Source: Fistulifera solaris (taxonomy: Eukaryota). From it: 64,000 nucleotides of DNA. Below, piece by piece: positions 14,101-27,819 of the stretch (position 1 is the first letter of the stretch; each line of letters starts with the position of its first letter). The stretch spans positions 1,364,001 through 1,428,000 of the forward strand of contig AP026131.1 of NCBI GenBank assembly GCA_030295235.1, given 5' to 3'. Position numbers and translations under genes: made by a program. Below the pieces are notes generated by a model, which saw only the letters and a program-made list of their open reading frames with translations, did not search any database and was not told the DNA's origin.

Positions 14101-17100
14101 TTTGCTAGCCGAGCACGAGACGTGGTACAATAGCACTACCACGAAACGTTTGAAGCTTGCGCCAGATTCGGCTCTGTTTGCAAAACTGTGCCAACCTTCG
14201 GAAAATGGTAGTTGTCAATACAAAACTGTCATTGAGCTCGATGAAAATTTGGTGTGCACGGGTGTCGAATGTGATGTAGACTCGCTACGAATCATTGAAG
14301 TCACCGATGGATTGTTTTACGAGTACACTCGTCGACCATGCGTGGAGCAAGCATTTTATAGTGACCCTTCCATGATGCGTCTTAATTGGCACATCTTTTT
14401 CTGTGGGGATCCTGAAGTGGAGTCGGGATCCGTTGCTTGTTGTGACGGCGATAATGATGGTGCAACGATGGAATTCAATTTATTTGACGGAGAACGAACG
14501 ACTTATGCCACCGCCGAGCAGCGATGCACCGAAAATGGTAAAAATCTGTGCCGAGTTCCGTGGTGGGAGTGTGACAACTGCGATGTAAAATTAGGCGTAT
14601 GGACCAACATGGATTGTGCACTTCAAGTCAAGATTGGTCTCGATGGCAAAGTGGGTATTGTGCATCATGTGGACGTGGAGGAGGTTGATCTCGAGCATAT
14701 TCATTACAATGTCCGCCAAGACACCAAAACGACCTTTCGAGTGGATTGGGAGGGACCCATTGACGTGTTTCTAGCATCGTATGAAACGGAATGCGTTGCA
14801 CATGGATGCACGCGAGATTCGTTCGATAATCTCTGCTTATGCCCAGTTTCAGTCAAAGAAAGCCAAGTGTTTACGTCGCCCCCTACCAGAGACGAAGTAT
14901 TAGATCAGTTGACCATTGGATCCTTTTCTCCCGATATCTTGGACGAAACGTTCCAGAAAAATGATCTGGGAAACGGCGTCCACATGTACTCCACCGATGG
15001 TCAACTTTCCGCTCGCTCGATTTTCGAAGTTAAAGATAAGCTGAATATTGTGCACTTGCGAATGAATATGAGATCCACCGTTACGGTGGGGTCGAAGAAC
15101 GCTATGTCCTTTCGAAATCCAGTTCATTTTATGTCTTTGATTTACCCCGAGCTGCGCGATGCGGTTTATGAGACCGATGTCGGGCTTGATCATTATATGG
15201 TAAGTCGACAAATGATACCTGGTGAACGATGATTTATACATTGGTCGCTAACTCAATCCTCTATCATGAATTCGAAGCAACACCCAAATACAGCTCCCTT
15301 TGTATCCATTCGCTTGCTACAACGTTTCGGAATTTCCAATCCGTCACCTCGTCTTATCAAATCGGTAGCAGCTGCATTTGTTAATGGACGATATTATTCA
15401 GCGGATGGCATGTCTATTGGTTCCGGAGAATACGGCGACTTGGCCGCAACCATTGCAGCCATTCTGTTGAATCGTGAGTCGCGCACTGTGGCACTAGATG
15501 CGGATCCGACACACGGTTCACTGCAAGAACCGTTCCTTCGTCTGCTTCGCGCCATGCGCAGTCTCCAATTTCAACCTACTGAAGATGCACCTTTTGTTTG
15601 CTTCGCTGTCCCCTTGAACGATGCAATCGGACAGCAGTCTCACAAACTTCCTGACATATTTTCTTTCTTCAAACCCGAATATGTTCCTTCGGGTACGTAC
15701 TTCTTTGCGCGGCGTGGAAACGTAGCCCATCCGGCGCCTCGACCCTCACATTCGCTCGCTTCATATTACAGGTCCCATCGGAAATGCGCATCTGTATTGT
15801 CCGGAATGTATGGTACAATCCGGGCCCCGAGCTGTCGCATTGATGAACGGTTTAAATACGTTGGTCAAATACGGTCTCCGCTCCGATTATGGTGGTTTTG
15901 GTTTTCCCGAGGTAGGACCGTTTGTCCAAGGCGACTACAATGCATCGCAGGGCTTTTTGACGCATCAGCCGGATGCTGCTCTCAACTCGGTTCAGGTGGT
16001 CGACGAGTTGGCCACTTTGTTGACAGCGGGTCGTTTGGATGCCGCGAAACGGAGCAAATTGGTTGCATTGTACGATACCGCCGTTTCGCGTTTGGAAGGA
16101 TTTTTGTCCATCCTTCAAGTCATGATGATAACACCCGAATTCCACACGACCGGTTTGTCGCAAAACACGGGAGGGGTCATGCCACCCGCCGATCCTGTTG
16201 TTCCCAATACGAAGCCGTACAAAGCGGTCATTTATCTCATGTTGGAAGGTGGTATGGACTCGTACAATATGTTGGTACCGCAAGTGTGCAGTGGGGCAAA
16301 TGCGGCCGGGGTGACGGTCGATCAGCAATACCAACAAGAACGCGGGGAATTGGCGTTAGAAGAAGATGCGCGTGGCGTTACTATTGAAGCACAGGGACAG
16401 CCGTGTTCGACCTTTGCCCTGCATGACGAATTAACGTTATTTAAAGAACTGTACGACGCTGGTGAATTAATGTTCTTGGCGAATGTCGGGACCGTCGACG
16501 AATCAGACATTACAAAAGACAATTATATTGAAAAGACACGATTCCAATTGTTCGCACACAATCACATGCAAGTCGAGGTGAAGACAGTGGATCCAAAAGT
16601 AACAGACCGTGGGACGGGTGTTCTAGGTCGTCTGGCGAGTGTTTTACATGATAAAGGATACGCTACGGGTTCCACTTCGATTGACGATGCTTCCGTGACC
16701 GTCCAAGCCGCGCAATTACGGCAACCGATGCAACAGATTGTGAGTCGCATGGGTGTGGCGACATTCGATGAAAAACCCGAAACCGAAACGGTAAACATGA
16801 AACAATTTGCCGAAGAAGTGAATGCTCAAGCCGGGGCATACGATTCTCTGTTTGGACAAACTTGGTCGGCGCAAATCGTGAATGGCATCCGTGATGCGGA
16901 TTTACTCGAGAGTCAGTTAGAAACGACGCAATTGGGAGACCACTGGCCAACAGAATCGTGGATTTTGGCCGATTTTGGATACCATTTCAATACGCTGGCG
17001 CGACTAATTCAAGCTCGGACGCAGCGTGGTGTCGAACGCGATGTATTCTATATGGAAAGTCTAGCTTGGGATCATCACACCGGAATGAAAGCGGATTTAC

Positions 17101-17525
17101 GACGCAAATTCGGTTACATGAATGAAGGTTTGGGCTGGTTGGTACAAGAACTGAAGGAACAAGGCGTCTGGCAAGATGTAACCCTGGTCATCGCATCGGA
17201 ATTTGGTCGAACTCTCACACCTAACTCCGGTCAGGGATCCGATCACGGATGGGGTGGTCATTATGTAATGATGGGCGGTGATGTTCAAGGAGGACGCATC
17301 GTCGGTGATTATCCTACGGATTTAACGGACACGGGCCCTCTGAACATTGGACGGGGACGCATCATGCCGACTATGAGTTGGGATGCTGTATGGAACGGTG
17401 TAGCACAGTGGATGGGTGTTACGGAAGAGGTTGAGCTTGAAGCCATTCTTCCGAATCGAAAAGCATCTACCGGAGGCTCGTTCATGGATTTGATGACTGA
17501 AGCCGACCTGTTCAAGGCCAGATAG
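11163..17525 (+). CDS. Large secreted DUF1800-DUF1501 fusion protein; introns 11957-12028, 13787-13855, 13918-13981, 15200-15277, 15693-15771; frameshift near 13240
   Basis: Signal peptide; DUF1800 motifs ARFLEQATFGP, QLRQKMAWALSQI, PDENFAREVMQ, HPNTAPF; DUF1501 motifs YLMLEGGMDSYN, SEFGRT, GSDHGWG; GT-AG introns restore the frame. Confidence 0.85.
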
Positions 17526-18408
17526 TTTAATTTGTTTGTTGAAAAATAATAGAAGCATTTCATAATTCTATAAAACTCCCAATCTTGACTCGCTAAAATG
17601 TTACTTCCCGTCCATGTTTATATTAGTACAGAAACTTTTGGGCGGTTAAAACCATACGATCAACAGAAACAATCTGTGTCACCACTACGAACACGACGCT
17701 ATTTTTGGATGCTTTACAATTGTATAGTTCAGTTCCAGCAGTAGTGTGTCTCTTTTCAGAGGGAGAGAGTACGGTTCTTCAAATGAAAATGACACAGTGT
17801 GGCTAACTGACAGCTGCGCCAGTTGCATTCGGTCGCACGCTGTTGTCACCTCCACCATCGAAAGCTAGTTGTCGTTTCAAGAAAGAGACTTCCGCTTATT
17901 TCGAAATGCTCGATTCTAAGTCCATCCGCGGGATGATTGTTGCTTTTGTTGGTCCGTGATAGTAATTGAATCAAAAGAATAGAATGAATCCGAATAGTGA
18001 GTGCCCTTATTTCCCGTGCAGTTTCGAAAACACTTTTGAAATAGGCAACTGACGAATTCTCTCTTGTTTCGAAATGACTAATCTCCGTTGTGAGTCACGG
18101 ATCTTAAATCGAAACCTTGACAGTACTATACAATAAAACGTGCTCTGCTTCGCAGAAACCTGCTTACGTCATCCTCATTCATCTCCCACCCTCCAAAACT
18201 GCTCGAGCCCATTTCCGATCTTCACGTTGCAATGACAAAAGATTCAATCAAAATGTGCTCGAGCAATATTCATTTGTCGCCTCCATTGATTTGCCCTTTT
18301 TGACACGATTGATTGCTGGATGGAGCTAAAATTGATACGATTCCTTTCACGCTCCGCGGGGTAGACAAAAATCACAAAATCGTCGCAACAAATAATAACG
18401 CCAAAACG

Positions 18409-20330
18409 ATGAAATACTTGTTGTGCTCCTTCTTCTTACTCAACACGGTGAAGGCCGCTGAGTTGTCGGGTTACTTGATTGACAAGCAATGCATTGCGTT
18501 GTGTACCGGTGCATCACCAACGGCACCGTGTGCACCCGATGGCATCAACGTCTTGTATACGCCGCAACTGCACACGGGTTGGTGTAAGTTGTTGCCCCGA
18601 TGTGTTGCTTCCGGTTACGTTTTGTTGAGTGACACTCCCGATAGTGACGGAATACATCCCATTGTGCTCGAATTGGCCGGTAATGAATCCCAAGCCACGA
18701 CTGTCCAGTACATTGAAGGTCAGACGTCGGGTCCGTTTCCGAAAGTCGTCGTGCAGTACGATGAAACGATAGCGGAAACGAGTGAGGCTGGATATCCTTT
18801 GGCGTTCAATGCGACGATTCAAGATACGTGGGATGATTCCTATTATGCGGGGACATCAACGCACCAAGTTTTGTGTGAAGATGCGACGCAACCCAACGTT
18901 GAGAGCAACAATTTGTGCTTCCGATCCGATGTTTTGGTGACGCTTCGGTCGGATACCTATGTGATCGAAAGCAACGGATGTCCGGATCATCCGAACATGC
19001 AAGGAAGTACTGGTACAGTCGCCAATCCTCAAGGTGATTTCGTTGTTCCGGGTAGAAATGAGACAAGCACTGAAGGTGGATGTGGTGCCTGTGGCTCATG
19101 CGGTGCCGGATGTGGATCTTGCTCGGCGGGCTGTGGTGCCTGGTGCGACGCTGGATGTGGATCTTGCTCTGCCGGGTGTGATGCCGGATGCGACGCTGGA
19201 TGCGGTGCTTGCTCGGCCGGATGTGACGCTGGATGCGGTGCTTGCTCGGCGGGATGTGACGCTGGATGCGGAGCCGGATGCGGTGCTTGCTCGGCCGGGT
19301 GTTACGCCGGCTGCGGCTCTTGCTCAGCAGGATGTGATGCTGCTAGTGCCAATCGGTTCTTGCAAGGTTGTGATGCAGGATGTTCGGCTTCTTGTGGTGC
19401 AAATGCGACCACGGGATGTGGTGCTGGATGTGGATCGTGTTCGGCTGGATGCGATTCCAACTCGACTAGCTGCCGCGCGGCTGGATGTGGTGGTGGATGT
19501 TGTGCAGCAGGTTGTGGTGGATGCGGCGCAGCGGGATGTGGTGGATGCGGTGCAACTGGATGTGGTGGTAATGGCGACTGTCACACCGAATCGCACGGCA
19601 CCTATGACCCCATGTACCAGCATTACACTATGGTCATTCCGCAAGAACCGGGCACTCCAGGTGAACCCACTTACTTGAAGGACGACGATGTGGTGGGCAT
19701 CATGAGCAACGGCATATTGCTTGACACTCACAAGCCTACCTGGAGTTACGACAGTTGCAATGGTCACTCGGACAAGAAGCACCAGTATCATTACCATTTG
19801 CCTCCAAAATGCTTCTTGGAGTCACTCGGTATCGAGTTTGCTGAGAGTCCCGACTGGTGGAAAGATGGGGATCAGGTCCGGCGAGTATGCTGACATGGCC
19901 AACCAGTTCCCTGTGACGGGCCCGGCAAGTCCTGTCATTGGATGGGCGTGATGGTTTCCCCATTTTTGGAATCTCCACGATGACCAAGGCCAGCTGATGC
20001 TACCGTGCTGACTTGGATGAATGTAACGGAAAGGAAGACAGCTCGGGCAATTATGGATACTATATGACCGTCGATCCTCCCTTTGCTCCCGCCCCGTGTC
20101 TTCGTGGAGCAGTGGGTTCGTTCAGTTACTTTTCGACTAAGAAAGCATGCCCCAAAGATGGTATTGTTAACACGATTTTGGATGGCCCCGCCATAGCCGC
20201 ATGTGAGACCGTTCCCTTTGCGGATTTGGCCAATTGTGAGCCTGTCGTCGACGAAACTCCCGAAGAAAGTAGCTGTCGTGGGCGCCTCATGACAGCCTCC
20301 GTGGCGTTCGCTCTTGTCGCTGTGATGTAA
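18409..20330 (+). CDS. Secreted, possibly GPI-anchored YHYH-domain protein with a Cys/Gly/Ala-rich insert (frameshifts near 19880-20010)
   Basis: Signal peptide [54 protein letters not shown] motifs; hydrophobic C-terminal tail. Confidence 0.75.
19075..19580 (+). repeat. Coding minisatellite, units of about 33 bp encoding [15 protein letters not shown] repeats (about 41 Cys)
   Basis: Repeated GGATGYGGTGCTTGCTCGGCSGGATGTGACGCT-like units seen directly. Confidence 0.9.
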
Positions 20331-20910
20331 ATCACTCATATGCATTAATTTCGTTTTTCTGATAAGAAGTTTAGTTTTAATCTTTGACACACGTTTGCTA
20401 TCTTAGATGTGTGGCGGGATGTGTAGGGCGAGACACAATTTTCTGTCTCCACGTTAGCTTGTCCAGGTATAAGCGGTGAACATCTTTAAACCATGCAAAC
20501 CCATCTGAAGATGTAAGTAAACAATGCTCATTCCTGTTCAACTTCGACAATGGGTGCTTTAAAAACGAATCTGCTGAAAGCATCTGCTGAGTTCGCAGTC
20601 CCCCTTGTACTACAAAAATTTAGAGTGAACAAAAACAAAACGTGGGTAAGGGTCTATCTTATCGGACGAAAAATCGGTCCATGGACGCGTCCATGGACCC
20701 ATTTTCGTCTGTTCTCATCCGTTTTTTGACTTTTTGAATGTCCGCATGGACGTTCGAGCGTCCATGGACGTCCATGGGTCCACCGTCCACGGAACGGGTT
20801 TTCAGAACATGAATGAACCTTTTCTCATTATTTTTCGTGCGGTACTAAACAAACATTTCATCGTCATCTCCCTTCATTTGCACAAATCGATCGTTCTTCC
20901 ATCAATTACA

Positions 20911-22359
20911 ATGTCTATCAACAGTTCTATTGCAAGTACTGACAAAGACAGCAGCGACTGCGAGAGCATGAACACCGCTATGCAGATCGCGGTTGCGCAA
21001 GGCGACATTATAATGTCGACGACGCAAGGCATTGTGTCACGCAATACCGATAACGCGCCACCTCCGGATGTTGTTGAAGTCGCTCACCCCTTTCTGCAAG
21101 AAGAGGAACTGCATTTGACCCAGAGGAGTTTTTTAAGCTTACTACCAAGGATGTGGTCCTTGGTGATCAGCCGATCTACAGGTATGACATCAACAAGAAA
21201 CAGGCGATGTCCCGCTTGATCAGTATCGGTCCCTATCCTATTCTTGATATAAGAGTTGAATACCTACGGCCATGGGTGGTGAAATACGAAATTGAAAAGG
21301 CGAAAAACCCAAGGGCGATTTGGTGCTCGCCATCATTCAACACAAAGAGAATGGGTGTTACAAACCCAAGCCTGCTCCAACTACTGCACCAACGCTCACT
21401 AGTGCAGGTTCTTTCAACAAATGTCGTATGATAAATGCAATGATTGATCCTTCGGTCCGTAATTTGCCTGACTGGAAGAAGAATAAGACGGCTGCTGACA
21501 TGACCGAGAAACGGATTATCGGAGAAGAGTGTTTGAAACAGGTCAGAGCTTTGTACAACGACAAAGAAAAGTGCAATGAACCGGTCAAAGAGTTTTCTTG
21601 GGCTTCGGCAAAACATGATGCTGGTGAATTTCGTGCAAGTCTCGACTTCAAACTGACAAAGCATCTTACTACGGTTCAGGATGTGCACGCAAAGATGACC
21701 GCACTTGCGAATGAATACAATCAAGCTTACCAAAAATGGAAAGGCAAGACTACCAAGCGCTCGGGGCAACATGACGTAGCGAAAGAACCTTTCGAAGACA
21801 TGCATTTCAACACGCCATGGCTTGTTTATTGTCATTCTGTTGCAGAGAAGCATCCGATCTTTGCTCAGGCTACGCGTCGCGAGTTTCCACCAGGTGTAGG
21901 AGTGTGCTCAAGCAATCCCCGTACCGCGGTAAAGCCGCCACCGCAGAAGAAGGCAAAGCAAGCAGCGCCAATCGAAGCGACTACCGTTGATGAAGAGCTT
22001 GTCAAATCATCGCAAGGTGTAGCAAAATACGTGGCTGCAATATTGGATGAAACCAAGAAGAAGAATTTGCGTGAGCGAAAAGATAACTTGGCAAAGCAGA
22101 TAAAGGAGAGTGAGGCGGAAGTTCGCAATATTCTCGAAAAAAAGGCAAAACGGGACGCTCGGCTTACAAATCCTATAAGGAGAAAGCAGTCAAGAAGCTA
22201 GCTAATAAAGCTGCAGCCGAAACTTCAGATGACGGCGTCGCTGTCACTCAAAACTCGGTGAAGACGGATACAACCGAGTTCAGTGCCATCAAGGATTTGT
22301 TTTCGAAAGAAAACGAGAAAGAGCAGGTCGAACTTGAGCTCGAGGAACTGAACAAGTAA
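20911..22359 (+). CDS. Harbinger accessory ORF (putative DNA-binding partner protein), frameshifted
   Basis: Overlapping ORFs 20734-21219, 21153-21431 and 21320-22201 plus a tail to TAA 22357 lie inside the TIRs, convergent with the transposase; basic, helical composition; function inferred from the standard two-ORF Harbinger layout. Confidence 0.6.
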
Positions 22360-22416
22360 TAGATAGTCTTCCAATTTATTTTCCTATAAAATTTACATTA
22401 TATTACTCTGCAAAGG

Positions 22417-22487
22417 CTAGTGGTTGTTGTTTGCGTTGCGAATGAGGTTGTGTAAGGGCCGAACAAGTTGGGGGTCTTCACTGATGA
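22417..22487 (-). pseudogene. Severed C-terminus of the Harbinger transposase
   Basis: Removing the copia element and one TSD copy gives the continuous frame ...RRNLLVQLI-SEDPQLVRPLHNLIRNANNNH*. Confidence 0.8.
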
Positions 22488-22814
22488 TGTTGAACTCTTT
22501 CACTACCTGTAGAATATTCTAACGAATCCTATAAGGATCCCTGCAGGTAATAGATAGGTTGACAATGTTTTCACTAAATACGATTGATCCTAAGAGTCTT
22601 TCACAAAAGTAAGCCTGTTGCTCATCATCGTTCATTTCCTTCTCTTGTTGGCTTTTCTCTTCAACAAATAAATTCCTACTCTCTACTTGATACTAATCTT
22701 CCACGTCATCTCTCAATGTCGCATCATCATCAGGTTGTTGCACCTCTCATGACTTTGCTAACAATTCCGTCTTGTGAACTATCGGTGTTCAGTTCCTTGA
22801 CTTCACCTCCAACA
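22488..22814 (-). repeat. 3' LTR of the copia element
   Basis: Direct repeat of 27820-28146 with no differences seen by eye; preceded in element sense by a purine-rich CAGCAGGAGTG tract. Confidence 0.97.
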
Positions 22815-25800
22815 CACTCCTGCTGGCCGAGGATGATCTTCTCTCCATTGATATTCATTATCCAACCTCTAAACTTGTGATATTTCACTCCAACTAATGA
22901 CTTCGTCATGTAATCTGCCATCATATCATCCGTAGGACAGTATTCAATTTCCACTTCTCCTTGCTTAATCAAATCGGTAATGTAGAAATACTTGATATCG
23001 AAATGTCGTGTCCGCTTCCCAGAACTCTCTTTTCCGTTCTCTTCCAACTTCATCGAACTCTGATTGTCTCCGATAAATGATGTTCGCGTTCACTTTAAAT
23101 CCTTGTGCTTCGATAAATCTTTTCGTCCAAATCACTTTCGAAATAATATCATCAATTGACACTAACTCTGCTTCTGTCGAACTTCTCGTGTTCACTTTTT
23201 GCTTTGTCGACACAGATGCAATTGTCCCTTTTCCGAGCGTCATTGTCGCTCCAGTATGACTTTTCATGTCCTTGTGGACCGCAAACGCCGCATCAACATG
23301 CCATTTAATTGTCTGCGTATCGTCTGCTTCAAGCCTCAAAACATCGTTCTGCGTGGCTTTCAAATAACGCAAAACTCTGATTAACTTCTGCCAATCTGCT
23401 TCATTTGGTTCCTTCACTCGTTGCCAAGAACGCGATAGCTGGCTGAATATCTTGTCTCGCCCTTTTACACAAAAACATTCCTTTCATTACGAATGTGTGA
23501 AATACTTCCGCTTTCTTCTTCGATAACGGGGGCTTTTCTCATCAATCTTGAAAAGCTTTTCGGTCCATGGTCCTTTCACTTTCTCATCCAGTTCTTCCGG
23601 GAAATCTTCGACCATTCCTTTCACGTAATCGACCATATCAACTTTCAATACACCGGGCTCGGAATAATCAAGCGTCATAGCAAGATAATCGTGCTTTTTT
23701 CCTCGAGTCCCTTCGACCTTCTTCACAGATCCATATTTTTCCTGCAACCATTTCAGAAAATCATCATTCACTTTCGGATCAACATGGCTCGACTTCAAAT
23801 CATCAACGTGCCACGTGAATTGTATGCTGCTTTCCATTCACCATCCGATTTGCAACGCACGGATCATACGGGTTTAGCTCAAATCCGATCTCTTGAATAT
23901 CTTTCACGAACTTCTTGTAATAAAGTAATGCCGAGGTCAACATTCCGTATAACGCCTTCAGCATAATCACATATAGCACTTTCTCGCCGTTCTCCCAAAC
24001 CACATAGCTTGCGTAGACTTCGGGAGCTATCTCCGACTAGTACGTCAACTAAAAAATCCACGGATCTTCATGATCACTCTTTCTCCGTTCTTCCTCGGAA
24101 CTTCGGTCTGTACAAATGCGTTTGGTACGTCACTTGTCATATTGTCTCTTCCTTGTTTTGCTTCAATCACTCCTGTAATGAAAATAGATTCCAACATCAC
24201 TGTCGGACTTGCCGCTTCTTCTTTCGGCGTGTACGCTCTCTGAGTGCTTCCGTTTGCACAAGTGCGCGCTTTTGCGGTTCCGTCGCGTTTCTCCGCTAAA
24301 AATATGAGGCTCTCCATAGCCCTTTGCTTCTCGGTGGGTGTCAGATCTTCAACTCTGGTCGGTTCGAATGTCGTTCGGTCATGCAACTGTTTCATTTCAT
24401 CATAGACCGCGTCTTCACCCTTTTTACCAAGTACTTTCAGTCCTTTCTTCAGACTGTAGGTTTGCGCAAACTGCTGCGCTTCCTTTGCTTGCCACTTTTG
24501 TTGATCATACACATGATCATCGCAATCAATATTGCTTCCTCTCGGGTATACTCAGTTGCTTCATGCTCTTGGCGTAATAATATGGCACTGATGTAAGCTA
24601 TACTTGCTCGGCTTCTTCACCGTTCGACCGCTTCGTGTCTTCTGCACATCTTCTTCGTCATTCACGACGTTGTCTTCTTCGACATTTTCTTCTGCTTCCG
24701 GCGATGGTTGGATTGTCCTCTTCGACTTCCTTGACTTCTTCGTCTTCGCTCTCTGCATTATCATCTTCTTCTTCGACGCTTTCTCCATCATTCACGATGT
24801 CATTATCTTCTTCAAAATATTCCTCTTCGGCTGGCTCGTCATAATAGCCGTCGTCTTCTTCATTTGCGACGTCAGTTTCGCCAAGAATTTCTGCTATTTC
24901 ATTCACATCGACGTAATCTTCTTGATCTTCGTCTTCATCGGCTTCAATTTTCGCATTTTCTTGTTCCACGAGTTCTTCTTCGTCGTCTTCTCCGACTTCT
25001 GAATCTTCCTCACGACTCACTCCTGCAATCCAAGCAGCGTCGTAAAGTACAGCTCCACACTTAGTTTCGACTTTCAATCCTTTCGGCATCTGTTCTTTTT
25101 CTGCCATTCTCTCGACTTGTTCGATCACTTGCTCTGTCGCAACTGGTGTAACTCGGTTTCGATTGATCGTTCTTCCGGTGCTCAAATCCATGAGCTCATG
25201 TCCTCCTTGATGATTTGCCAGTGGACGTAAATAGATGCAATCCAAAGTGCGCGGATCTACCGAATTCTTCTGTTTCGGGCTCCGTATGCTTCTGCACGTA
25301 AGTGCCAAACGGGATTTTGCAATGTTTCTCGTAGTCCAATACCTCTTGATGCATAATCATTCTCGGGCTAAAATTCTGAGAGATCCCATTCTTCGATGGA
25401 AAGTAGTTCAAGTGGCGGGCTGCGTTGAACGCTAAGTGCTTCACCATTAGTCTCGGTAGACGTTTGTATGGGAGTCGATGGTACACCGCCCTGTATCTCT
25501 CTTTCAATACACGATTGTTTCGCTCGGCTTCTGGCACATGCTCTTGTGCTTCCGCAAAATTCATTCTGACATGAAATTCATCTTCAATGTCGTCTTGGAG
25601 TGCACGGTATTCATTATCGCATCGGATCTCAACAATACGAAAGCCTGCCGCATTGTAAATCCGGAATACATCCTTGAGTGCTCCCTTGTAAACTTCGCTT
25701 GTCAAGTTTCCAATCCACTGCACGGTGCGATAGCGGATGTTCAGCGAAATTGTTCCCAAAAAAGTAAAGGCCGTTAACCTTCAACGTATCCATGCATAGG

Positions 25801-27680
25801 ATAACTCTGTGCTGCTTCTGATAGATGGCAGCTGGTACCGCTGACGTAATCGGGAGACAACCGGTGCTGGTTTCTTTCGTGTTGTCTTCCCCTTGAGGCT
25901 TCCTATGTCGGGTCCAAAAATCTGTTCTGCGAGCTGTATGTCTTCCGTCGTGACGGGATTGTTCCGAATAATATTCATTCGGATGATTGCTCGGAAATCG
26001 TCCAACGATGGTGTTCCGATTGCGTGATATAAATCTCTTGCTCGCTTCTCTTTCAAATTGACGGTGCGTGTAAAACGCCTTGTTTTCCTCCACGGAATTC
26101 ATGAACTGATACTCAGTGTTCGTTCGCATTGTCGGCTTAAATATATAAAGGTCATTACCATCGTTGACAAACTTCACCGTTTTGTTCGGTAAGTGTACAT
26201 TGAATGCCGATTGCTCGTGATCGATGCGTGATCTTGTAGCGTCTTGCAACTTCTCCAAAGTTGAACACGTTAATGATGCCCTCAGGGCTAAACCAAACTT
26301 CACCCCATCCAGGAAGATTTGCTTTCAAGTTTGACGTCATCATTCCACCATTTGTTGACACATTGATTTGATCGTCAACTTCTCTAATGTCGGTGACTAG
26401 CTTCTCATTGCAGAAAATCGTTGTCGTAGATCCCGTATCCAACAAGATCCAGTCTCGAGTATCCCACTTGCTCTGGAACAATTGCATAGCTTCAATCTGC
26501 GCGCCTGACCATGCCGTGCTGCTTGGTGCTTTCTGCTCTTCTGCATTATTTCCAGCTACGTTCGCATTTGACTGCTCTTCGTTTGCTTTTGCCTTGTTGA
26601 TCGCCCCATTCCGACTTCGGCTTGTCCTTGTATCGACAGTTCGGCGACTTGTGCCCTGCTTTTCCACAGCAGTAACATTTTCCTTCCATTTGCGCAAAGG
26701 ATAATTTAGGGTTTTCTTCTTCTTCGTTCGAATCTTTTTCTTCTTTCTTCTTGTCATTATTCTTCTTGTGCTCTGACGGCTTCTTGTCAAACTTGTGATT
26801 ACTCATCACAGTGACAGCCTGGACGACAGTTTTCGGGTATTGATCATTCCCGAGCGAGTACTGGGTGTTCAATCCACCCAAGATTGACCCGTATTTGCTC
26901 CTGTCCGAGTTGGCAATAATCATGTATGCCATAAACTGCTCGAATACTTCTTCGTCCTTCATCTTGAGTTGTTCCTTCAACTTCGGTAGCACAATTGGAC
27001 CGCCAATCTGCGATTCCAAAACTTCTCTGACTGACTTGAACCTTTTCATGTAGTCGTTGAGACTTTCATTCTCTTTCTGCTTGCATTCGATCATGTTTCG
27101 GAATGCATCGTATATCGTCGTCATCGGGTATCGGCTTTCTTGGTAGCTCATTGCATGCACTTGAATAGCCTTCAATAGTTCAATTGGATTGTCTTCGATC
27201 TTCTCCTTGAAGTCTTTTTCTCTGCTGGAGTTTCTGTTGCAGTGCTAGTGAGCACATCTCCCACATCAATCCATACGCTTTCGTCTTTGTGTTCACGTAA
27301 TGTCCATATCGACGTTGATGCTGCGCTCGTAATCTTCTTTGAATTTCAATTCAAACTCTCTGTTCTCAGCCGCCTTTTTCTCCGCTTCTGTTTGTCTGCT
27401 GTATTTTAGCTTGGGCTCAAACTGTGTGAAATCGATATCTTTTATCTCGTTCAATGCTTTGGCCACATCGGCGCCCGTGATCCCACTGCTTGATGTGGTT
27501 GATCATGAATTCTTTTGTCGTATCAAAGTCTGACGACTGCTTTGCTGACCCAATGTAAAACTTGTAGTCTTTGATGTCTTTCTTCTTGGCGTAGGGCTTC
27601 TCACTGTTGCCTCGTCCCGACTTCGGTCGGTTGGACTGCTGCCCTCTTCCGCCTCCTTTGCCTCTACCTCTTCCACTCAT
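22730..27680 (-). CDS. Copia gag-pol polyprotein, broken by many frameshifts
   Basis: Zinc knuckle CYCCGKAGHKSPNC; protease WILLDTGS; integrase RCDNEY...EHVPEAERNNR; RT KALYG and WHVDD; RNase H WHVDAAF, SSTEAEL, KRTRHFDIKYF; the ORF ends inside the 3' LTR. Confidence 0.92.
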
Positions 27681-27819
27681 GGCGATTTTAGGCTTTCAGG
27701 ATGTATTGCGGTGATTGTAAACTCAGTTACGTTCTCTTTTGGCTTGGCTGTTGGCTTGTGCTGATGACGTTGCACTTTCGGTGCTTTTCAATTCTTTTTC
27801 CGTGCCTTTTGTGAAAGAC

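Noticed and set aside
22584..22880. 98-aa ORF repeated at 27916-28182
   Set aside because: It is the antisense reading of the two LTRs, starts at TTG and has no recognisable domain
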